Below are positions 19,229 through 26,645 of a stretch of DNA of 58,510 nt, in pieces (position 1 is the stretch's first letter; every line of letters begins with the position of its first letter). Source of the stretch: a virus (lineage: Duplodnaviria; Caudoviricetes); the IMG/VR virus record IMGVR_UViG_3300049479_000276, positions 1-58,510 of that record; one strand, given 5' to 3'. The notes under the pieces were generated by a model. The model did no database searches and had not been told where the DNA came from. It worked only from the letters and a program-made list of their open reading frames with translations. A program made the translations under genes and the position numbers.

Positions 19229-20233
19229 AAACTCACTGATGCTGCTAAGTTTTTTAACGACGAATCGCATCAAATTGAAGCCTGGAATTGGCTCCAGGGG
19301 ACTCTTACGCCAGAGACCCTGGAGGCTTTTGCGCTCAAGTATCGCACTAAACCAAAGCCTGTTGTTGTAGATGACAACACATGGGATGGTGTTCATACCG
19401 CGGCAAAACAAGCTGGAGCTAAATTCCCAGAATGTGTTTGTGCACAGTGGGCACTTGAATCAGGCTGGGGTAAACATACGTCTGGTAAAAATAATTACTT
19501 TGGTTTGAAAGGATCTGGCTCTACGGTCAGTACCCAAGAATTTATCAACGGTCAATGGATCACAATTAAGGCTGGCTTCCTTGATTTCCCTGATCTTGCA
19601 ACCTGTGTTACCTACCTTGTTGATCGTTGGTACAAAGACTTTGGTCGTTTTAAAGGTGTTAACCGTGCGCAGTCACGTAACGAATGTGTGCAACTTCTAG
19701 TAAAGGAAGGGTACGCAACTGATCCTGACTACGCTACCAAGTTGATCCAGATCATGGATCGTCAACTACAGAACAGCGGTAACAAACAAGATCCGGACGA
19801 TCCTCACAGCAATAACTTCAACCCTTGGAGCCCGTTCAATTACAAGATCACACCCAACATCACGTACGGTGAACTGACGCTTAACCAAGAAAAACGGCGG
19901 TTTACCAAGCAATATCAATGCGACACGGCAAAAGAACTTTGTCTATTCCTGGAAAAAGTCCGCAAACAATTCGGTAACAAGCCTTTGATCATTACCAGTG
20001 CTTCTCGTCCAGAGCCTATCAATACACAAGTGGGTGGTGCAAAGAATAGTGAACACACTTACGATGCTCCGTCCAAAGGTGCCGTTGACTTTTACATCGA
20101 AGGCGCTGGGATCTATGCTGTGCAAGAATGGTGTGACAGAAATTGGCCGTTTTCATTAGGCTATGGAGCGCCAAAAGGATTTATCCACCTTGGAATCCGA
20201 CCAGGGAAACCTCGCGTGCGGTGGGATTATTGA
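19220..20233 (+). CDS. Modular endolysin: GH73 glucosaminidase plus peptidase M15
   Basis: AQWALESGWG...NNYFGLKG...GYATDPDY; ITSASRPEPINTQVGGAKNSEH...AVD...GFIHLGIR. Confidence 0.9.
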   Translation: MSIKLTDAAKFFNDESHQIEAWNWLQGTLTPETLEAFALKYRTKPKPVVVDDNTWDGVHTAAKQAGAKFPECVCAQWALESGWGKHTSGKNNYFGLKGSGSTVSTQEFINGQWITIKAGFLDFPDLATCVTYLVDRWYKDFGRFKGVNRAQSRNECVQLLVKEGYATDPDYATKLIQIMDRQLQNSGNKQDPDDPHSNNFNPWSPFNYKITPNITYGELTLNQEKRRFTKQYQCDTAKELCLFLEKVRKQFGNKPLIITSASRPEPINTQVGGAKNSEHTYDAPSKGAVDFYIEGAGIYAVQEWCDRNWPFSLGYGAPKGFIHLGIRPGKPRVRWDY

Positions 20234-20234
20234 T

Positions 20235-20396
20235 GTGAAGAAACACAAAGACAAGCCGACACGCATCAACATGTGCTGGCAGTTAGGTGACGAAAAAAAA
20301 TGCGTGACTCTACCAAGAGAACACGCATATGAAACAAGAGATTGGGTGGAAGAGCAGGGGGGCGTCGTGTTTTGGACGCAAGTGCTGCCCAATTGA
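20235..20396 (+). CDS. Small hypothetical protein
   Basis: GTG start just after the endolysin stop. Confidence 0.45.
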   Translation: MKKHKDKPTRINMCWQLGDEKKCVTLPREHAYETRDWVEEQGGVVFWTQVLPN

Positions 20397-21101
20397 TCAA
20401 CTGTTTTCTTTTAAATATAAAATTGCATTTTCCAGGTTAGTTACATCATCAAAAAATAAACCAAGACCCGTATTACATTTTGAACAAAGCAGGCCACGTA
20501 CTTTGCTTGTTAAATGATCATGATCCACGCAAAGTACCCCAACTTTTGAAGAGCCTGCGCCAGGAGCGTTTTCGGCGTCAATACCACATATTTTACATTT
20601 ATTGTTTTGTTTTTCTAAAAGTTTTTCATAGCTATCCTGATCAAGTCCGTACTTTTTTAAATTTGAGTTTCTTATTCTATTTTGATATGTTGTACGTTTG
20701 TGCTTATTCTCGCATTCTTTACACCAGCCCGAAACACCTGAGTGACGACTCGGGCTACTAGAAAACATGATTAAAGATTTCTTTTGGTTACATGAACCAC
20801 ATATTTTGTTTCCTGCTTTTAATGCGGCTGCATGTTCGGGATATCTTTTACGCATTCTTTCTTTTGCGGCACACGTTAAGCAACCTTTGCCTGCAAGATG
20901 ATTAGTTGCTAACTGTTTAAATGGACCGCATTGTTTACATATAATCGTTACAAGTGCTTGTTGTTTTGTGAAAGTATTTTTTACAGAGGAATAATCATAA
21001 ACATTGCCATGAATAATCTTGGCACGTTTAATAAAATAATCGGCTCGTTGCTCTCGCGTGGCGTTGCGCGAGATTTCCTGTTTATACTTGGGCATGGCCA
21101 C
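20397..21101 (-). CDS. Endonuclease VII-family homing endonuclease with N-terminal Zn-ribbon (DUF723-like)
   Basis: HGNVYDYS..VTIICKQCG..HLAGKGC; CKICG...LCVDHDH..VRGLLCSKCNTGLG; AT-rich. Confidence 0.85.
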   Translation of the reverse strand: MAMPKYKQEISRNATREQRADYFIKRAKIIHGNVYDYSSVKNTFTKQQALVTIICKQCGPFKQLATNHLAGKGCLTCAAKERMRKRYPEHAAALKAGNKICGSCNQKKSLIMFSSSPSRHSGVSGWCKECENKHKRTTYQNRIRNSNLKKYGLDQDSYEKLLEKQNNKCKICGIDAENAPGAGSSKVGVLCVDHDHLTSKVRGLLCSKCNTGLGLFFDDVTNLENAILYLKENS

Positions 21102-21121
21102 ACCTATACTGTGGTTGTTTT

Positions 21122-21155
21122 GCAGTGATGCGGGAACATCACTGCTTTTTATTTT
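21122..21155 (+). terminator. Intrinsic terminator, possibly bidirectional
   Basis: gcagtgatg-cgggaa-catcactgc followed by tttttatttt. Confidence 0.6.
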
Positions 21156-21161
21156 AAGCCC

Positions 21162-21326
21162 TTAGCGCTCTTTGGCGCGGCCAATGACGAGACCGGCAAT
21201 CTCTATCAATCTGTAAAATTTACCAACAAGGCGATCGTCTGAGGGTGTCTTTGTTAGGGCGCAGATAGCAGAAGCCGCTGCATGAATAGCAAGAGCAACT
21301 TCTAAATACTGGTTAAGATGTGCCAT
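21162..21326 (-). CDS. Small membrane protein, holin candidate (54 aa, not in ORF track)
   Basis: MAHLNQYLEVALAIHAAASAICALTKTPSDDRLVGKFYRLIEIAGLVIGRAKER; close to the endolysin. Confidence 0.55.
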   Translation of the reverse strand: MAHLNQYLEVALAIHAAASAICALTKTPSDDRLVGKFYRLIEIAGLVIGRAKER

Positions 21327-21361
21327 GGTTATATTCCATTTCTTTTATTCTAGATACCCTA

Positions 21362-21493
21362 TTACCGATCAAAGATATTGTCTTCTTGCACACTAAAGAA
21401 ATCATCCCAGTCTTTTTGAGTTGCCTCAGTGATTCTGGGATTGTTTTTTAAATCTTTAGATTTTTTTTCGTTTTCTTTTTCGTCAGACGTCAT
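21362..21493 (-). CDS. Small hypothetical protein (43 aa)
   Basis: MTSDEKENEKK...DWDDFFSVQEDNIFDR. Confidence 0.4.
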   Translation of the reverse strand: MTSDEKENEKKSKDLKNNPRITEATQKDWDDFFSVQEDNIFDR

Positions 21494-21605
21494 AGTAACG
21501 GCAGTCAAGGGCGCTGGGATTTTTAATACAATACTGCGCCCAAGCCAGTGTAGGTGAGTGTTTTGCTACAGGTTTTTTAAAAAACTTTAACAAGAAGTTA
21601 ATCAT
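21483..21605 (-). CDS. cp12: Minimal CP12-like protein (40 aa, not in ORF track)
   Basis: Ends YCIKNPSALDCRYYDV, the CP12 C-terminal C-x8-C motif; ATG overlaps the upstream stop. Confidence 0.7.
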   Translation of the reverse strand: MINFLLKFFKKPVAKHSPTLAWAQYCIKNPSALDCRYYDV

Positions 21606-22552
21606 GGCCTGTTGGTTAACGGGACAAATAACTCAGGGAAGCGATCAGTGTCCTGGTGCTCCCTGTTCCATGCATTCTGCCATTCAGACAGAGAGTGGTC
21701 GTGGATTGTGTCGTAATAAGCATCATCTCCTACTTCAAGAATAATTTTGAAATCATCAAATAAGCTACTGGGGATACGCTGACCAATGTACCAAGTGGAT
21801 CCATCTGATACAGTCACAGTCACGCCTGCATTAACTGTACAACTATCTTCTGTAAAAGCATTAGCGCCTAGGGGAATAAGCGTATCAACTGTAACAGGAC
21901 TATCAATATTTGGTGCATCAATATCAGTCTCTTGCAGGCAAACACTTCCATCGTCATCTTCTAGTTCAAAATACGCTTCATCAACGGGAAACTCAATGAC
22001 AACACCAAGGTTGTACTCAAGTGGTTCATTGCGAGTCGATGAGACACAGATGAGATAGCTGCCCGTGTTCAAAGGATAATAACGATCATCTCCGCGATCT
22101 AGCCTTAAACGATCAAAGCTGTTATAAAGATCTGACTGAGAACTCATTACCGTATCCAAGTACGGGATATAGACTTCTCCGTTGCTGACTGCTGTTACAG
22201 AATCCGCCTCAAAAATAGGATTCCCTTGGATGGGGGTTTTATTGAGATCGTATGCAGAAACCTGGATGTAATTAGGACGCGGCGGTCCTTTTGTCAAAAT
22301 AATCCAGCCAGGTTCGGCAAGTGTTACCTGGAACCAATGGTTGTATGTACCGCCGCCAATGCCGCCATTCGATATCTGACTTGTATCCGCGCGTCCAATA
22401 GGTTTGTATTGGGCGCCAAGTGTTCCTTTCAGATAGCGCAACGCGGTCTGATTAAAAGTGCCAAGCGATAATGGATTGTTTTGCGTCCGTTGCGGCTGAC
22501 TAACCGAACTCCTCGACATATGGGCCGTAACATATTGTCTTATCCTCATCAT
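21602..22552 (-). CDS. Hypothetical beta-rich protein (start possibly 22519)
   Basis: 316-aa ORF. Confidence 0.6.
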   Translation of the reverse strand: MMRIRQYVTAHMSRSSVSQPQRTQNNPLSLGTFNQTALRYLKGTLGAQYKPIGRADTSQISNGGIGGGTYNHWFQVTLAEPGWIILTKGPPRPNYIQVSAYDLNKTPIQGNPIFEADSVTAVSNGEVYIPYLDTVMSSQSDLYNSFDRLRLDRGDDRYYPLNTGSYLICVSSTRNEPLEYNLGVVIEFPVDEAYFELEDDDGSVCLQETDIDAPNIDSPVTVDTLIPLGANAFTEDSCTVNAGVTVTVSDGSTWYIGQRIPSSLFDDFKIILEVGDDAYYDTIHDHSLSEWQNAWNREHQDTDRFPELFVPLTNRP

Positions 22553-23246
22553 AATCGGGAGTATTTTTGTTCACTAGCGGATGTTGTATCGTGTTTTTGT
22601 ACTCTCGTTCAAGGATTTGAGCAGAGTCGCCTACTCTTTCAAGTTTTTTTGCATACATCAATTTTTCTGGATTGAATTCGTAGTCAAACGGATGAATGGA
22701 CTCCGGTGGAAACGTGCGGTTCCAACTTGAGACCAAATGCAGAGGATTGAGACACGCCTTGTTTTTACACAGCCGTGTGACGAACATTTTGCCGACATCT
22801 CCCCAGGTGCATTGGTAAATCACCTTATGCGCTGAGGTGTTATCGGTAATCTGCTTGTCCCCCATGGATCGATAGGAGGGGAAACGAATGCGTGTTTTGG
22901 TAAGAGACGGTGCTTCCCAGCAGTCTTCAAAGTGACCGACAGGGATTTGACGCCAAACCATCAGCAAACGTGTCTTGTATGCAGCATGTGCATAGTTCAA
23001 ATCAAAAGCGCAATTGTTGCTTTGGATCTTACGCACGCATTCGTAGCACCAGTGTTGGTTTCCATCACGAATAGTGTGACCATAAACGCATGGAAATCCC
23101 TGGTAGTAACCATGAGATAGCAGTTCTTTTGGCGACAGTTTTTCAATGCCTGGTACATGACGGAAACCAGCCCGTGAAGAAGCAATGTCAAGCATTCGAT
23201 CAAGGTTGTTAGCCATGTCAGCGCTCGATCCTGATACCTTGTTCAC
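22500..23246 (-). CDS. His-Me finger/HNH-like endonuclease
   Basis: SAHKVIYQ...VTRLCKNKACLNPLHL; N-terminal C-x2-GH...CYEC. Confidence 0.6.
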   Translation of the reverse strand: MNKVSGSSADMANNLDRMLDIASSRAGFRHVPGIEKLSPKELLSHGYYQGFPCVYGHTIRDGNQHWCYECVRKIQSNNCAFDLNYAHAAYKTRLLMVWRQIPVGHFEDCWEAPSLTKTRIRFPSYRSMGDKQITDNTSAHKVIYQCTWGDVGKMFVTRLCKNKACLNPLHLVSSWNRTFPPESIHPFDYEFNPEKLMYAKKLERVGDSAQILEREYKNTIQHPLVNKNTPDYDEDKTICYGPYVEEFG

Positions 23247-23658
23247 GCTCTAGCTGCTGAATGGATATCCCATCCATTGCTTCATCGCGATAGACAAGGA
23301 GCCCTTCTGCGTTTCTAACACGTCGACGCCATCTGGGCATACGAGAAGGCTTGCGTTGATAGAGGGTTAACTCCATGCGGTTGTCTCGTTGTGGGTTGTC
23401 TGATCCATGGACGACATCTGCGTTACCGGGATCCTCGCCAGTACGCATGAAATACACAACGCGATGAGCGAGGTATCTCTCGTTAAGCAAACCAACGTAG
23501 TAGTGACGACCGTGCTTCCGCGCTCTACCCGCCATCTCGCCAGCCTTGTGATAGGGGCCTTCTTGTTTCCACGCCAGACCGGAAGGGTATTGGTCAGATA
23601 GCTCCAACTGCTCTTCCAAGTACCAGAGCGGCGGCAACTGCTGGTAAGCACGGGCCAT
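23218..23658 (-). CDS. Degenerate HNH_3-type endonuclease
   Basis: YPSGLAWK...YLAHRVVYFMRTGEDPG..DVVH...DNR; resembles 54723..55265. Confidence 0.6.
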   Translation of the reverse strand: MARAYQQLPPLWYLEEQLELSDQYPSGLAWKQEGPYHKAGEMAGRARKHGRHYYVGLLNERYLAHRVVYFMRTGEDPGNADVVHGSDNPQRDNRMELTLYQRKPSRMPRWRRRVRNAEGLLVYRDEAMDGISIQQLEREQGIRIER

Positions 23659-23770
23659 TAGTGCCAGGGAATGGATGGACTTCAATATAGCAAGGGTTGT
23701 CCCGCCTTGCAGGGCGGAAATCATGTTTTTTGAGCAGGGACAATGCCCTTAATCTCTTTATATAAGGTTT

Positions 23771-23876
23771 TGCGACACTTTTTTAAAAAGGTCTCATTAA
23801 GCTTGTTGTCTCATTCTAGTCATTCTCACTTCCTTCTTAACTTGATACACTGCGACACTTTTGAAAAAGTGTCTCA
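23771..23876. repeat. Two imperfect 26-bp direct repeats 80 bp apart in an AT-rich non-coding gap
   Basis: tgcgacacttttttaaaaaggtctca (23771) and tgcgacacttttgaaaaagtgtctca (23851). Confidence 0.7.
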
Positions 23877-24068
23877 GCTCTTATATAGGGTATATACAAG
23901 CCTGTTGTATCCCCCATTTCCTGCTCAATAAGCATAGTTGTCCCGGATCAGCCACCTCTTTTTGCCCTCACTCAACTCATCCGTCTCACCCTGGACCTAG
24001 CTTTGACACCTTTTGGAGCACAAAAAAGCCCCCACTAACGTGGAGGCAAGGGGGTTGTGACAATCTCA

Positions 24069-25349
24069 TCAAACAAGCGAACTGGCTAATTCTCGTTTGG
24101 GACTCTTGCGACGCTTTGGTTTCCGCTTCGGCTGCTCACTGATCTCATCTGAGACTGAGTGATCGACTTCCTTCATGACGTCCTCGAAGATGCCGCCAAA
24201 CTGCGACGCAACTGTGCCCCATGAGAACTGAGGATCTGTCACCCGTTGGTAGCAGGCATCCCCTACTTGCCGCCTACGCTCCGGATCGTGGTACAGGGCA
24301 TTGAGGATTTCTGTGAGGTGATCAGCAGATGGGCAGGGCATCTCTCGTGCGTAGTTGGTATCCACGTCAACGTGGTCGCAACGGATCAGCTCCCCACATC
24401 CCTCAAAGATCTCTTTGCATGACGTATGGTCAGGCACCACTTGCGCCACACCACAGGCTGCGTGCTCAAAGTTGACGAGGCCCCAGCCCTCGCCCTTACA
24501 GGTGTTGACGCCCACATCGACAGCGTTATAGATGGTGTTCAGCATGTCCACCGATACGTTTGGCGGCCCTTCCGTCTGCGTGGTCATGATGATGCGTCCG
24601 TTGGGATCCAGCCCCACCCTTGACATTTCTCGTGCAAAGACACCCATCACATCCCAGCCCTGGTCCTTCATCCCCATGTGGAGGTAGAGACGGGTCTCAG
24701 GGCGTCCAACCGCAAACTCAGCAAATGCCTTAATAGTGATGTCGATACGTTTGCGGAACTGGTTTCGGTTCCCGTTGAACACAATAAACAAGTCCTCATC
24801 CAAACCAAGCTTCCGCCGTGCCTCCTTCTTGTCCATGGGATAGAACTGCCCTGGCGTCACGCCGTGGGGAATGACAGCGATGGGCTTCTGGATGCCACCA
24901 CGCACAAATTCGTACGCCCCAAACTCTGTGTACGAAATGACAGCATCCCAATCATTGGCGGTATCAGCGAGGCAGCCAATCCACCCATACGAATCCATGG
25001 GAGCGTAACCCACAAACTTGAATTTACCTTGCTTATGTAGGTCTTGAATTTGTCGGTATTGTTCATTGATGATCCACATGTCATTGATAGTGAACACAAT
25101 GTCAGGTTGTTCACGTTCAACGATCTCGCGTATGCGTTGCTCACCGAAGGGTGCGGTTTGAAATCGATTGGATGACGGATAAATTTTGAAGTCCTTTTGT
25201 TGCTCACACGGATCCCCCCACCAGTTGTGACCAAGGACTACAATTTCAAAATCATCTTTAAGTCTATTGATGACATTTTCAGTGACACGGGCAAAGCCGG
25301 TCATTGCAACGATGTCACCACACCAAAGTACTTTTGTTTTTTTAGTCAA
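24069..25349 (-). CDS. GT4 family glycosyltransferase
   Basis: TGFARVT, IPHGV, NRNQFRKRID, YNAVDVGVNTCKGEGWGLVNFEHAACG. Confidence 0.9.
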   Translation of the reverse strand: MTKKTKVLWCGDIVAMTGFARVTENVINRLKDDFEIVVLGHNWWGDPCEQQKDFKIYPSSNRFQTAPFGEQRIREIVEREQPDIVFTINDMWIINEQYRQIQDLHKQGKFKFVGYAPMDSYGWIGCLADTANDWDAVISYTEFGAYEFVRGGIQKPIAVIPHGVTPGQFYPMDKKEARRKLGLDEDLFIVFNGNRNQFRKRIDITIKAFAEFAVGRPETRLYLHMGMKDQGWDVMGVFAREMSRVGLDPNGRIIMTTQTEGPPNVSVDMLNTIYNAVDVGVNTCKGEGWGLVNFEHAACGVAQVVPDHTSCKEIFEGCGELIRCDHVDVDTNYAREMPCPSADHLTEILNALYHDPERRRQVGDACYQRVTDPQFSWGTVASQFGGIFEDVMKEVDHSVSDEISEQPKRKPKRRKSPKRELASSLV

Positions 25350-25418
25350 GGCATTTGAAAGTAACTCGATTTACTATACCGAAAATTAAAAGAACGTAGA
25401 CTAGAAAAAAACCATATT

Positions 25419-26312
25419 ATGAATCAAGCTGCGCTTGCCGGGAAGTTCCTACAGTTACAACAAAATGATTTATTTCAAGAAGCTGTAGAAGGAACGCTGC
25501 TTGGCGGAACAGCAGGGCTTACTCAACTTGGCACTGACACGCCGCCAGCTCAGGTTGCGATTCAAACTTTGGCGGGAATTGCAGGCGGCGTTGGCATTGG
25601 TTTATTAGGAAAATCTATTGGAGCACGTATAGGTAAAGCAATTAATCCCAATGCTTTAAAAAATCAAGAAGGCGTCTTAGCAACTATAGGCCGAACAACA
25701 GGACAAAAAACTTTAGCCAAAGGCGCAGCCGAACAAGCTCGTTACGCAAAAGGACAGCTTAAACAAGAGATAAAAGAGCAGACTTCCGCTCAACTTTTAA
25801 ACGAAGCTTTGCAAAACCCACAGGCATTTGCTGGTAAATATGGAGTTAATCCTGAAACTTTTAAAAAATATCATACAACCGTAGGGGCGGCTGGCCAGGT
25901 ACGTGCTGGGCTGGAGACATTAGAAAATCTTTCTCCAGAACAACGCAAGCAGCTAGGCGGAGCTGCTCAACAAGTAATGGAACAAGGATTTAATCAGGTT
26001 GAGAACTTAATTAATACTCAAGCCGCAGCGCATTTAGACAACAATCTTATGAAAATGGCAATGCTCAATAAGAACAAAACCATTCCCGGAACGGACGTGA
26101 ATATTGGATCTGCGTTCGAAGCTCTTTTAAAAGACGCAAAACCAATTACAGGCGAACATTTGGGACGCGCAGCGGGCCGTTTTATTGGTGATGAAGTAGG
26201 CGTTGCTCTTGGGATGGGGCTTGGCGGCACCTTATCAGGAGCACTTGGTATTAAATCAGAAAAAGATAAAAAAATTGAAGAGTTAGAACGCCAGCTAGGC
26301 CGGAGTTACTGA
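25419..26312 (+). CDS. Gly/Ala-rich hypothetical protein with glycine-zipper-like hydrophobic segments
   Basis: AGIAGGVGIGLLG and GVALGMGLGGTLSG; own TAGACT box. Confidence 0.6.
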   Translation: MNQAALAGKFLQLQQNDLFQEAVEGTLLGGTAGLTQLGTDTPPAQVAIQTLAGIAGGVGIGLLGKSIGARIGKAINPNALKNQEGVLATIGRTTGQKTLAKGAAEQARYAKGQLKQEIKEQTSAQLLNEALQNPQAFAGKYGVNPETFKKYHTTVGAAGQVRAGLETLENLSPEQRKQLGGAAQQVMEQGFNQVENLINTQAAAHLDNNLMKMAMLNKNKTIPGTDVNIGSAFEALLKDAKPITGEHLGRAAGRFIGDEVGVALGMGLGGTLSGALGIKSEKDKKIEELERQLGRSY

Positions 26313-26645
26313 CCGCTTTATTTCTTTTTGTTCTACAGTATCCGCCTTTAATTTTTCCGACAAAAACTTTGCAGCCTTGTGCGTTTGCGTGGTGTCACCA
26401 CAGGTGTAAAGATCGATTGCGCAATAACCAATCTCTGGCCACGTATGGATAGAGGCATGTGATTCTGCCAGCAATGCAAGCAGGGTTACCCCTTGCGGCT
26501 GGAACTTTTCCCCAAAGATCCGAAGAATAGTAGCTTTTGCCATCACAAGAGAAGCTTCAAGCAATCGTTGAAGTTCCTCATAATCATCAAGGATCTGCTT
26601 ATCGCAGTCATACAGATCCAAAATAAGGTGACGGCCGTCGTTCAC
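26295..26645 (-). CDS. speD: S-adenosylmethionine decarboxylase proenzyme
   Basis: GRHLILDLY...FQPQGVT...LAESHASIHTWPE...DLYTCG. Confidence 0.95.
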   Translation of the reverse strand: MNDGRHLILDLYDCDKQILDDYEELQRLLEASLVMAKATILRIFGEKFQPQGVTLLALLAESHASIHTWPEIGYCAIDLYTCGDTTQTHKAAKFLSEKLKADTVEQKEIKRSVTPA

